DNA of 64,000 bases, taken from the NCBI GenBank assembly GCA_964016885.1, contig OZ024747.1:70184001-70248000 (forward strand). The letters are read 5' to 3'. This stretch comes from Eledone cirrhosa. Taxonomy: Eukaryota. Below, piece by piece: positions 23,901 through 37,339 of the stretch. A program made the translations under genes and the position numbers. Each line of letters begins with the position of its first letter. Within the stretch, counting starts at the first letter, position 1. A model generated the notes under the pieces. It saw only the letters and a program-made list of their open reading frames with translations. It was not told the DNA's origin and did no database searches.

Positions 23901-26900
23901 TATATGCTCAAATGTGTTATATGCTCAAATGTGTTATATGCTCAAATGTGTTATATGCTCAAATGTGTTTTATGCTCAAATATGTTTTATGCTCAAATGT
24001 GTTATATGCTCAAATGTGTTATATGCTCAAATGTGTTATATGCTCAAATGTGTTATATGCTCAAATGTGTTATATGCTCCAATGTGTTATATGCTCAAAT
24101 GTGTTATATGCTCAAATGTGTTATATGCTCAAATGTGTTATATGCTCAAATGTGTTTTATGCTCAAATATGTTTTATGCTCAAATGTGTTATATGCTCAA
24201 ATGTGTTATATGCTCAAATGTGTTATATGCTCAAATGTGTTATATGCTCAAATGCGTTTTATGCTCAAATGTGTTTTATCCTCAAATGTGTTATATGCTC
24301 AAACGTGTTTTATGCTCAAATGTGTTATATGCTCAAATGTGTTATATGCTCAAATGTTTTATATGCTCAAATGTGTTATATGTTCAAATGTGTTATATGC
24401 TCAAATGTTTTTTATGATCAAATGTGTTTTATGCTCAAATGTGTTTTATGCTCAAATGTGTTATATGTTCACGTGTGTTATATGCTCAAATGTGTTTTAT
24501 GCTGAAATGTGTTCTATGCTCAAATGTGTTATATGCTCAAATGTGTTTTATGCTCAAATGTGTTTTATCCTCAAATGTGTTTTATGCTCAAATGTGTTAT
24601 ATGCTCAAATGTGTCATATGCTCAAATGTGTTTTATGCTCAAATGTGTTATATGCTCAAATGTGTTATATGCTCAAATGTGTTATATGCTCAAATGTGTT
24701 ATATGCTCAAATGTGTTATATGCCCAAATGTGTTATATGCCCAAATGTGTTATATGCTCAAATGTGTTATATGCTCAAATGTGTTATATGCTCAAATGTG
24801 TTATATGCTCAAATGTGTTTTATGCTCAAATGTGTTATATGCTCAAATGTGTTATATGCTCAAATGTGTTTTATGCTCAAATGTGTTTTATGCTCAAATG
24901 TGTTTTATGCTCAAATGTGTTATATGCTCAAATGTGTTATATGCTCAAATGTGTTATATGCTCAAATGTGTTTTATGCTCAAATGTGTTATATGCTCAAA
25001 TGTGTTATATGCTCAAATGTGTTATATGCTCAAATGTGTTATATGCTCAAATGTGTTTTACGCTCAAATGTGTTTTACGCTCAAATGTGTTATATGCTCA
25101 AATGTGTTATATGCTCAAATGTGTTATATGCTCAAATGTGTTTTATGCTCAAATGTGATATATGCTCAAATGTGTTATATGCTCAAATGTGTTATATGCT
25201 CAAATGTGTTATATGCTCAAATCTGTTTTATGCTCAAATGTGTTTTATGCTCAAATGTGTTTTATACTCAAATGCGTTATATGCTCAAATGTGTTATATG
25301 CTCCAATGTGTTATATGCTCCAATGTGTTATATGCTCCAATGTGTTATATGCTCAAATGTGTTATATGCTCAAATGTGTTATATGCTCAAATGTGTTATA
25401 TGCTCGAATGTGTTATATGCTCAAATGTGTTATTTGCTCAAATGTGTTATATGCTCAAATGTGTTATATGCTCAAATGTGTTATATGCTCAAATGTGTTT
25501 TATGCTCAAATGTGTTTTATGCTCAAATGTGTTATATGCTCAAATGTGTTATATGCTCAAATGTGTTATATGCCCAAATGTGTTATATGCTCAAATGTGT
25601 TATATGCTCAAATGTGTTATATGCTCAAATGTGTTTTATGCTCAAATGTGTTTTATGCTCAAATGTGTTATATGCTCAAATGTGTTATATGCTCAAATGT
25701 GTTATATGCTCAAATGTGTTATATGCTCAAATGTGTTATATGCTCAAATGTGTTATATGCTCAAATGTGTTTTATGCTCAAATGTGTTTTATGCTCAAAT
25801 GTGTTTTATGCTCAAATGTATTATATGCTTAAATGTGTTATATGCTCAAATGTGTTATATGCTCAAATGTGTTTTATGCTCAAATGTGTTTTATGCTCAA
25901 ATGTGTTATATGCTCAAATGTGTTATATGCTCAAATGTGTTATATGCTCAAATGTGTTATGTGCTCAAATGTGTTACATGCTCAAATGTGTTATATGCTC
26001 AAATGTGTTATATGCTCAAATGTGTTATATGCTCCAATGTGTTATATGCTCCAATGTGTTATATGCTCCAATGTGTTATATGCTCCAATGTGTTATATGC
26101 TCAAATGTGTTATATGCTCAAATGTGTTATATGCTCAAATGTGTTTTATGCTCAAATATGTTTTATGCTCAAATGTGTTATATGCTCAAATGTGTTATAT
26201 GCTCAAATGTGTTATATGCTCAAATGTGTTTTATGCTCAAATGTGTTATATGCTCAAATGTGTTATATGCTCAAATGTGTTATATGCTCAAATGTGTTTT
26301 ATGCTCAAATGAGTTATATGCTCAAATGTGTTATATGCTCAAATGTGTTTTATGCTCAAATGTGTTTTATCCTCAAATGTGTTATATGCTCAAACGTGTT
26401 TTATGCTCAAATGTGTTATATGCTCAAATGTGTTATATGCTCAAATGTTTTATATGCTCAAATGTGTTATATGTTCAAATGTGTTATATGCTCAAATGTT
26501 TTTATGATCAAATGTGTTTTATGCTCAAATGTGTTTTATGCTCAAATGTGTTATATGTTCACATGTGTTATATGCTCAAATGTGTTTTATGCTCAAATGT
26601 GTTCTATGCTCAAATGTGTTATATGCTCAAATGTGTTTTATGCTCAAATGTGTTTTATGCTCAAATGTGTTTTATGCTCACATGTGTTTTATGCTCAAAT
26701 GTGTTATATGCTAAATGTGTTATATGCTCAAATGTGTTATATGCTCAAATGTGTTATATGCTCAAATGTGTTATATGCCCAAATGTGTTATATGCCCAAA
26801 TGTGTTATATGCTCAAATGTGTTATATGCTCAAATGTGTTATATGCTCAAATGTGTTATATGCTCAAATGTGTTATATGCTCAAATGTGTTTTATGCTCA

Positions 26901-29900
26901 AATGTGTTTTATGCTCAAATGTGTTTTATGCTCAAATGTGTTATATGCTCAAATGTGTTTTATGCTCAAATGTGTTTTATGCTCAAATGTGTTATATGCT
27001 CAAATGTGTTATATGCTCAAATGTGTTATATGCTCAAATGTGTTATATGCTCAAATGTGTTATATGCTCAAATGTGTTATATGCTCAAATGTGTTTTATG
27101 CTCAACTGTGATATATGCTCAAATGTGTTATATGCTCAAATGTGTTATATGCTCAAATGTGTTATATGCTCAAATCTGTTTTATGCTCAAATGTGTTTTA
27201 TGCTCAAATGTGTTTTATACTCAAATGCGTTATATGCTCAAATGTGTTATATGCTCAAATGTGTTATATGCTCCAATGTGTTATATGCTCCAATGTGTTA
27301 TATGCTCAAATGTGTTATTTGCTCAAATGTGTTATATGCTCAAATGTGTTATATGCTCAAATGTGTTATATGCTCAAATGTGTTTTATGCTCAAATGTGT
27401 TTTATGCTCAAATGTGTTATATGCTCAAATGTGTTATATGCTCAAATGTGTTATATGCCCAAATGTGTTATATGCTCAAATGTGTTATATGCTCAAATGT
27501 GTTATATGCTCAAATGTGTTATATGCTCAAATGTGTTTTATGCTCAAATGTGTTTTATGCTCAAATGTGTTATATGCTCAAATGTGTTATATGCTCAAAT
27601 GTGTTATATGCTCAAATGTGTTATATGCTCAAATGTGTTATATGCTCAAATGTGTTTTATGCTCAAATGTGTTTTATGCTCAAATGTATTATATGCTCAA
27701 ATGTGTTATATGCTCAAATGTGTTATATGCTCAAATGTGTTTTATGCTCAAATGTGTTTTATGCTCAAATGTGTTATATGCTCAAATGTGTTATATGCTC
27801 AAATGTGTTATATGCTCAAATGTGTTATGTGCTCAAATGTGTTACATGCTCAAATGTGTTATATGCTCAAATGTGTTATATGCTCAAATGTGTTATATGC
27901 TCAAATGTGTTATATGCTCAAATGTGTTATATGCTCAAATGTGTTATATGCTCCAATGTGTTATATGCTCCAATGTGTTATATGCTCAAATGTGTTATAT
28001 GCTCAAATGTGTTATATGCTCCAATGTGTTATATGCTCAAATGTGTTATATGCTCAAATGTGTTATATGCTCAAATGTGTTATATGCTCAAATGTGTTTT
28101 ATGCTCAAATGTGTTATATGCTCAAATGTGTTATATGCTCAAATGTGTTATATGCTCAAATGTGTTATATGCTCAAATGTGTTATATGCTCAAATGTGTT
28201 ATATGCTCCAATGTGTTATATGCTCAAATGTGTTATATGCTCAAATGTGTTATATGCTCAAATGTGTTATATGCTCAAATGTGTTATATGCTCAAATGTG
28301 TTATATGCTCAAATGTGTTATATGCTCAAATGTGTTATATGCTCAAATGTGTTATATGCTCAAATGTGTTATATGCTCAAATGTGTTATATGCTCAAATG
28401 TGTTTTATGCTCAAATGTGTTTTATGCTCACATGTGTTTTATGCTCAAATGTGTTATATGCTAAATGTGTTATATGCTCAAATGTGTTATATGCTCAAAT
28501 GTGTTATATGCTCAAATGTGTTATATGCCCAAATGTGTTATATGCCCAAATGTGTTATATGCTCAAATGTGTTATATGCTCAAATGTGTTATATGCTCAA
28601 ATGTGTTATATGCTCAAATGTGTTATATGCTCAAATGTGTTTTATGCTCAAATGTGTTATATGCTCAAATGTGTTATATGCTCAAATGTGTTTTATGCTC
28701 AAATGTGTTTTATGCTCAAATGTGTTTTATGCTCAAATGTGTTATATGCTCAAATGTGTTTTATGCTCAAATGTGTTTTATGCTCAAATGTGTTATATGC
28801 TCAAATGTGTTATATGCTCAAATGTGTCATATGCTCAAATGTGTTATACGCTCAAATGTGTTATATGCTCAAATGTGTTATATGCTCAAATGTGTTATAT
28901 GCTCAAATGTGTTATATGCTCAAATGTGTTATATGCTCAAATGTGTTTTATGCTCAAATGTGATATATGCTCAAATGTGTTATATGCTCAAATGTGTTAT
29001 ATGCTCAAATGTGTTATATGCTCAAATGTGTTATATGCTCAAATCTGTTTTATGCTCAAATGTGTTTTATGCTCAAATGTGTTTTATACTCAAATGCGTT
29101 ATATGCTCAAATGTGTTATATGCTCAAATGTGTTATATGCTCCAATGTGTTATATGCTCCAATGTGTTATATGCTCCAATGTGTTATATGCTCCAATGTG
29201 TTATATGCTCGAATGTGTTATATGCTCGAATGTGTTATATGCTCAAATGTGTTATTTGCTCAAATGTGTTATATGCTCAAATGTGTTATATGCTCAAATG
29301 TGTTTTATGCTCAAATGTGTTTTATGCTCAAATGTGTTATATGCTCAAATGTGTTATATGCTCAAATGTGTTATATGCTCAAATGTGTTTTATGCTCAAA
29401 TGTGTTATATGCTCAAATGTGTTATATGCTCAAATGTGTTTTATGCTCAAATGTGTTTTATGCTCAAATGTGTTTTATGCTCAAATGTGTTATATGCTCA
29501 AATGTGTTTTATGCTCAAATGTGTTTTATGCTCAAATGTGTTATATGCTCAAATGTGTTATATGCTCAAATGTGTTATATGCTCAAATGTGTTATACGCT
29601 CAAATGTGTTTTACGCTCAAATGTGTTATATGCTCAAATGTGTTATATGCTCAAATGTGTTATATGCTCAAATGTGTTATATGCTCAAATGTGTTTTATG
29701 CTCAAATGTGATATATGCTCAAATGTGTTATATGCTCAAATGTGTTATATGCTCAAATGTGTTATATGCTCAAATCTGTTTTATGCTCAAATGTGTTTTA
29801 TGCTAAAATGTGTTTTATACTCAAATGCGTTATATGCTCAAATGTGTTATATGCTCAAATGTGTTATATGCTCCAATGTGTTATATGCTCCAATGTGTTA

Positions 29901-32900
29901 TATGCTCAAATGTGTTATTTGCTCAAATGTGTTATATGCTCAAATGTGTTATATGCTCAAATGTGTTATATGCTCAAATGTGTTTTATGCTCAAATGTGT
30001 TTTATGCTCAAATGTGTTATATGCTCAAATGTGTTATATGCTCAAATGTGTTATATGCCCAAATGTGTTATATGCTCAAATGTGTTATATGCTCAAATGT
30101 GTTATATGCTCAAATGTGTTATATGCTCAAATGTGTTTTATGCTCAAATGTGTTTTATGCTCAAATGTGTTATATGCTCAAATGTGTTATATGCTCAAAT
30201 GTGTTATATGCTCAAATGTGTTATATGCTCAAATGTGTTTTATGCTCAAATGTGTTTTATGCTCAAATGTATTATATGCTCAAATGTGTTATATGCTCAA
30301 ATGTGTTATATGCTCAAATGTGTTTTATGCTCAAATGTGTTTTATGCTCAAATGTGTTATATGCTCAAATGTGTTATATGCTCAAATGTGTTATATGCTC
30401 AAATGTGTTATGTGCTCAAATGTGTTACATGCTCAAATGTGTTATATGCTCAAATGTGTTATATGCTCAAATGTGTTATATGCTCAAATGTGTTATATGC
30501 TCAAATGTGTTATATGCTCCAATGTGTTATATGCTCCAATGTGTTATATGCTCAAATGTGTTATATGCTCAAATGTGTTATATGCTCCAATGTGTTATAT
30601 GCTCAAATGTGTTATATGCTCAAATGTGTTATATGCTCAAATGTGTTTTATGCTCAAATGTGTTATATGCTCAAATGTGTTATATGCTCAAATGTGTTAT
30701 ATGCTCAAATGTGTTATATGCTCAAATGTGTTATATGCTCAAATGTGTTATATGCTCAAATGTGTTATATGCTCCAATGTGTTATATGCTCAAATGTGTT
30801 ATATGCTCAAATGTGTTATATGCTCAAATGTGTTTTATGCTCAAATATGTTTTATGCTCAAATGTGTTATATGCTCAAATGTGTTATATGCTCAAATGTG
30901 TTATATGCTCAAATGTGTTATATGCTCAAATGTGTTATATGCTCAAATGTGTTATATGCTCAAATGTGTTATATGCTCAAATGTGTTATATGCTCAAATG
31001 TGTTATATGCTCAAATGTGTTATATGCTCAAATGTGTTTTATGCTCACATGTGTTTTATGCTCAAATGTGTTATATGCTAAATGTGTTATATGCTCAAAT
31101 GTGTTATATGCTCAAATGTGTTATATGCTCAAATGTGTTATATGCCCAAATGTGTTATATGCCCAAATGTGTTATATGCTCAAATGTGTTATATGCTCAA
31201 ATGTGTTATATGCTCAAATGTGTTATATGCTCAAATGTGTTTTATGCTCAAATGTGTTATATGCTCAAATGTGTTTTATGCTCAAATGTGTTTTATACTC
31301 AAATGCGTTATATGCTCAAATGTGTTATATGCTCAAATGTGTTATATGCTCCAATGTGTTATATGCTCCAATGTGTTATATGCTCCAATGTGTTATATGC
31401 TCCAATGTGTTATATGCTCGAATGTGTTATATGCTCGAATGTGTTATATGCTCAAATGTGTTATTTGCTCAAATGTGTTATATGCTCAAATGTGTTATAT
31501 GCTCAAATGTGTTTTATGCTCAAATGTGTTTTATGCTCAAATGTGTTATATGCTCAAATGTGTTATATGCTCAAATGTGTTATATGCTCAAATGTGTTTT
31601 ATGCTCAAATGTGTTATATGCTCAAATGTGTTATATGCTCAAATGTGTTTTATGCTCAAATGTGTTTTATGCTCAAATGTGTTTTATGCTCAAATGTGTT
31701 ATATGCTCAAATGTGTTTTATGCTCAAATGTGTTTTATGCTCAAATGTGTTATATGCTCAAATGTGTTATATGCTCAAATGTGTTATATGCTCAAATGTG
31801 TTATATGCTCAAATGTGTTATATGCTCAAATGTGTTATGTGCTCAAATGTGTTATATGCTCAAATGTGTTTTATGCTCAAATGTGATATATGCTCAAATG
31901 TGTTATATGCTCAAATGTGTTATATGCTCAAATGTGTTATATGCTCAAATCTGTTTTATGCTCAAATGTGTTTTATGCTCAAATGTGTTTTATACTCAAA
32001 TGCGTTATATGCTCAAATGTGTTATATGCTCAAATGTGTTATATGCTCCAATGTGTTATATGCTCCAATGTGTTATATGCTCAAATGTGTTATTTGCTCA
32101 AATGTGTTATATGCTCAAATGTGTTATATGCTCAAATGTGTTATATGCTCAAATGTGTTTTATGCTCAAATGTGTTTTATGCTCAAATGTGTTATATGCT
32201 CAAATGTGTTATATGCTCAAATGTGTTATATGCCCAAATGTGTTATATGCTCAAATGTGTTATATGCTCAAATGTGTTATATGCTCAAATGTGTTATATG
32301 CTCAAATGTGTTTTATGCTCAAATGTGTTATATGCTCAAATGTGTTATATGCTCAAATGTGTTATATGCTCAAATGTGTTATATGCTCAAATGTGTTTTA
32401 TGCTCAAATGTGTTTTATGCTCAAATGTATTATATGCTCAAATGTGTTATATGCTCAAATGTGTTATATGCTCAAATGTGTTTTATGCTCAAATGTGTTT
32501 TATGCTCAAATGTGTTATATGCTCAAATGTGTTATATGCTCAAATGTGTTATATGCTCAAATGTGTTATGTGCTCAAATGTGTTACATGCTCAAATGTGT
32601 TATATGCTCAAATGTGTTATATGCTCAAATGTGTTATATGCTCAAATGTGTTATATGCTCAAATGTGTTATATGCTCCAATGTGTCATATGCTCCAATGT
32701 GTTATATGCTCCAATGTGTTATATGCTCAAATGTGTTATATGCTCAAATGTGTTATATGCTCCAATGTGTTATATGCTCAAATGTGTTATATGCTCAAAT
32801 GTGTTATATGCTCAAATGTGTTATATGCTCAAATGTGTTTTATGCTCAAATATGTTTTATGCTCAAATGTGTTATATGCTCAAATGTGTTATATGCTCAA

Positions 32901-35084
32901 ATGTGTTATATGCTCAAATGTGTTATATGCTCAAATGTGTTATATGCTCAAATGTGTTATATGCTCAAATGTGTTATATGCTCCAATGTGTTATATGCTC
33001 AAATGTGTTATATGCTCAAATGTGTTATATGCTCAAATGTGTTATATGCTCAAATGTGTTTTATGCTCAAATATGTTTTATGCTCAAATGTGTTATATGC
33101 TCAAATGTGTTATATGCTCAAATGTGTTATATGCTCAAATGTGTTATATGCTCAAATGTGTTATATGCTCAAATGTGTTATATGCTCAAATGTGTTATAT
33201 GCTCAAATGTGTTATATGCTCAAATGTGTTATATGCTCAAATGTGTTATATGCTCAAATGTGTTTTGTGCTCAAATGTGTTTTATGCTCACATGTGTTTT
33301 ATGCTCAAATGTGTTATATGCTAAATGTGTTATATGCTCAAATGTGTTATATGCTCAAATGTGTTATATGCTCAAATGTGTTATATGCCCAAATGTGTTA
33401 TATGCCCAAATGTGTTATATGCTCAAATGTGTTATATGCTCAAATGTGTTATATGCTCAAATGTGTTATATGCTCAAATGTGTTTTATGCTCAAATGTGT
33501 TATATGCTCAAATGTGTTATATGCTCAAATGTGTTTTATGCTCAAATGTGTTTTATGCTCAAATGTGTTTTATGCTCAAATGTGTTATATGCTCAAATGT
33601 GTTATATGCTCAAATGTGTTATATGCTCAAATGTGTTATATGCTCAAATGTGTTATATGCTCAAATGTGTTATATGCTCAAATGTGTTTTATGCTCAAAT
33701 GTGATATATGCTCAAATGTGTTATATGCTCAAATGTGTTATATGCTCAAATGTGTTATATGCTCAAATGTGTTTTATGCTCAAATGTGTTTTATGCTCAA
33801 ATGTGTTATATGCTCAAATGTGTTATATGCTCCAATGTGTTATATGCTCAAATGTGTTATATGCTCCAATGTGTTATATGCTCGAATGTGTTATATGCTC
33901 GAATGTGTTATATGCTCAAATGTGTTATTTGCTCAAATGTGTTATATGCTCAAATGTGTTATATGCTCAAATGTGTTTTATGCTCAAATGTGTTTTATGC
34001 TCAAATGTGTTATATGCTCAAATGTGTTATATGCTCAAATGTGTTATATGCCCAAATGTGTTATATGCTCAAATGTGTTATATGCTCAAATGTGTTATAT
34101 GCTCAAATGTGTTATATGCTCAAATGTGTTTTATGCTCAAATGTGTTTTATGCTCAAATGTGTTATATGCTCAAATGTGTTATATGCTCAAATGTGTTAT
34201 ATGCTCAAATGTGTTTTATGCTCAAATGTGTTTTATGCTCAAATGTATTATATGCTCAAATGTGTTATATGCTCAAATGTGTTATATGCTCAAATGTGTT
34301 TTATGCTCAAATGTGTTTTATGCTCAAATGTGTTATATGCTCAAATGTGTTATATGCTCAAATGTGTTATATGCTCAAATGTGTTATGTGCTCAAATGTG
34401 TTACATGCTCAAATGTGTTATATGCTCAAATGTGTTATATGCTCAAATGTGTTATATGCTCAAATGTGTTATATGCTCAAATGTGTTATATGCTCCAATG
34501 TGTTATATGCTCCAATGTGTTATATGCTCAAATGTGTTATATGCTCAAATGTGTTATATGCTCCAATGTGTTATATGCTCCAATGTGTTATATGCTCAAA
34601 TGTGTTATATGCTCAAATGTGTTATATGCTCAAATGTGTTATATGCTCAAATGTGTTTTATGCTCAAATATGTTTTATGCTCAAATGTGTTATATGCTCA
34701 AATGTGTTATATGCTCAAATGTGTTATATGCTCAAATGTGTTATATGCTCAAATGTGTTATATGCTCAAATGTGTTATATGCTCCAATGTGTTATATGCT
34801 CAAATGTGTTATATGCTCAAATGTGTTATATGCTCAAATGTGTTATATGCTCAAATGTGTTTTATGCTCAAATATGTTTTATGCTCAAATGTGTTATATG
34901 CTCAAATGTGTTATATGCTCAAATGTGTTATATGCTCAAATGTGTTATATGCTCAAATGTGTTATATGCTCAAATGTGTTATATGCTCAAATGTGTTATA
35001 TGCTCAAATGTGTTATATGCTCAAATGTGTTATATGCTCAAATGTGTTATATGCTCAAATGTGTTATATGCTCAAATGTGTTAT
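2991..35084. repeat. 17-bp satellite array, ~32.1 kb, ~1,890 monomers, consensus GCTCAAATGTGTT(A/T)TAT
   Basis: Uninterrupted head-to-tail repeat in a single orientation, with two major monomer variants, rare point variants and a few 16-bp monomers. Confidence 0.99.
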
Positions 35085-35197
35085 TCGTACCAGGGTAAAT
35101 TCGAGGCACTGAGATCTGTCCAATCAAACTTAAAGCTAATGTAAATATGTTTACATTTGTTTTACGTTTATTTACAATCACTATTTTATTACATCAG

Positions 35198-35229
35198 GGT
35201 AAAAGTGGGGGGAGGAGGCGGCGGCTATA
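35198..35229 (+). other. Candidate 32-nt micro-exon
   Basis: T-rich tract ending TTTTATTACATCAG, GC-rich 32 nt, then consensus donor GTAAGT (35230-35235). No transcript evidence. Confidence 0.25.
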
Positions 35230-35284
35230 GTAAGTATCCAAATATTTTAGTTCGTCATAAAAGATTGCGAAAAGCTGATCTCAA

Positions 35285-36460
35285 TCACCATCGTCCTTAA
35301 CATACCCAACGCCATCCCCCTCTACAGTAACCAATATAACCACAACAACCATCAACACTATCACTGTAATCAAAACTACCGCTACCAATACCGACACCAC
35401 CACCACCACCATCACACATGACCCCACCAACACAACCACTATAACAACCATTACCACCATCACACCATCACCAAACTTCCGTCCCTCTCAAGTAAACCGC
35501 TGTCATCTCTTCCTTCTCTCTTTTCTCTCCCTTCTGTCTCTCTGTCTGTCTGTCTGTCTGTCTCAATCTATCTATTACCCTTACCAGTCCTTTCATACTC
35601 TAGTTTCACTATGACCGACACCGCCGTTCCCACCACCAACGTTACCAACGCCACCACCACCACCACCATCACCTCATTTACCTCTTCCTCCACCACCACC
35701 ACCACCACCACCATCAGTGACGTTCCTTCACAAGTAACCAACGAGCTACCACAATGATTCAGTCATCCTTAGCCTCCACCCTCACCAATCCCACTACACC
35801 TTCAATCACTTACTTGGACGCTCCCTCCTTCAATCGTCACTCATTTTTAATCTAGTCTACTCTAAAGCACAACAGCATTCCCTCTCTGGACATTTCCGTC
35901 CATCTTATGGTCAACTTCACCATCTTTCTCTATCCCTTGCATCCACCCATTCCTCTTTCTTCCATTCTTATTTTCCTTCTTGTGTCATTATTTAGATCTG
36001 TCCCCTTCTTTTGTGCCCCTGTGGCTAATAAAGAAACATATCTATCTATCCATCTATCTATCTATCTACCTCTCTACTCTCTCTCTCTCTCATATATATA
36101 TATATGTACACATATACACATTTTCTATCTTTTTTTCCTGTCATTTCGGTCATCGTCTCATAGTTATCTATCTATCTTACATTCTTTTAGATTTTCTTTT
36201 TCTCTTTCTTTCATTCTTTCTTTCTTCCTTTCTTTTTTCATTAGTTATTTCTTCTAACTTTCAGTCATTCATCGTATTTCATCCCCCCAACCCACCCCAG
36301 AAATAGTTGTTATATTCACCAGCGTTGTTTTATTCGCATTCTACTTCTGCATCACCATCCTCAACTTCATCCTCCTGCTCGTCATCCTCAACCTACTCCC
36401 CACAAAAACTGTCCACATTAAAAACTCCTTTTTCTTCCTCTTAACTTCCACTTATCCCTT
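35285..36460. repeat. Low-complexity region: decayed CAC repeats, (TCTG)n, (TCTA)n, (TC)n, (TA)n, TTTC runs
   Basis: Direct reading, e.g. 35542-35563, 36040-36104. Confidence 0.85.
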
Positions 36461-36467
36461 TCCTCAT

Positions 36468-36677
36468 GTCATCGTTGGCAGAGTCGTTAAAGCATTGGAC
36501 AAAATGCTTTGCGGAATATTTTCGGCTCTTTACTCTCTAAGTTCAAATCCAGACAAAGTCAATTCAGGCTTTGATCCTCTCTGGTTGATAAAATATACTA
36601 TTCAAGTATTAGAGTCATCATAATTGACTTTCCACTCTCAACATTTCTCGCCTTGAGCCTATGTTAGACACCATTAT
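36468..36677 (+). mobile_element. Old diverged full-length tRNA-derived SINE
   Basis: A-box-like TTGGCAGAGTCGTT, B-box AGTTCAAATCC, degenerate core GATCCTCTCTGGTTGATAAAAT, tail GCCTTGAGCCTATGTTAGA. Confidence 0.7.
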
Positions 36678-36700
36678 TTTTTCTTACTACTACTACTATC

Positions 36701-36823
36701 AATAATAAATGTTTCTACTTTTGGCACAAGGCCAGCAATTATCCCAGTGTATTGCTGGTACTTTATTTTATCGCCCCCATAAGGATGAAAGGCAAATTTA
36801 ACCTCGGCAGGATTTGAACTCAA
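36701..36823 (-). mobile_element. SINE (short subtype), B-box to tail
   Basis: Reverse complement reads GAGTTCAAATCCTGCCGAGG...CCTTTCATCCTTATGGGGGCGATAAAATAAAGTACCAG...GCTGGCCTTGTGCCAAAAGTAGAAAC. Confidence 0.88.
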
Positions 36824-36842
36824 TACTACTATCAATAAAAAT

Positions 36843-37050
36843 AAAGGTTTCTTATATAGGCACAAGGCCAGCAATTTTTGGGGAGGGGAAAGTCGATTAA
36901 ATCGACCCCATTGCGGGACTGGTACTTTATTTTATCGACCCCGTGAAAGGCAAAGTTAACCTCGGCAGGATTTGAACTCAGATCATAAAGGGCCGTAACT
37001 CCATGTTACAAAGCATGTGTCCGACCCTCTCCCGATACTGCTAATCCACT
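36843..37050 (-). mobile_element. Full-length tRNA-derived SINE (long subtype)
   Basis: Reverse complement has A-box-like TTAGCAGTATCGG, B-box GAGTTCAAATCC, core GGGGTCGATAAAATAAAGTACCAG, GTCGATTTAATCGAC hairpin and GCTGGCCTTGTGCC tail. Confidence 0.88.
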
Positions 37051-37339
37051 AATACTAATAATAAGAAGAATGATTATAAAACAGTAAAAACAACAGCACG
37101 ACTAGCAGCAGTAGCAGTTAAACAACCACTACCAACAGCTAAAACAGAATCAACCCAAGAAGAAGATGAGCGAAGCTTTCTCACACCCTCCCTCCTCCCC
37201 AAACAATAGATACATACATAAACACCCACACAACCACAAACATACGAACAGACACAAAACCCTAATATTCTCGTAGCGAAAATGAGTTGACAACCACGAA
37301 AAAAAAACAAAAAAGCCTAAACGCATGAAAAAAAACAAA

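Noticed and set aside
2984-35144. Very long Cys-rich ORFs (up to 2480 aa) in all three + frames
   Set aside because: The 17-mer has no stop on + in any phase, so every frame gives the same 17-aa cycle. Stops and 16-bp frameshifts are scattered without constraint. Artefact.
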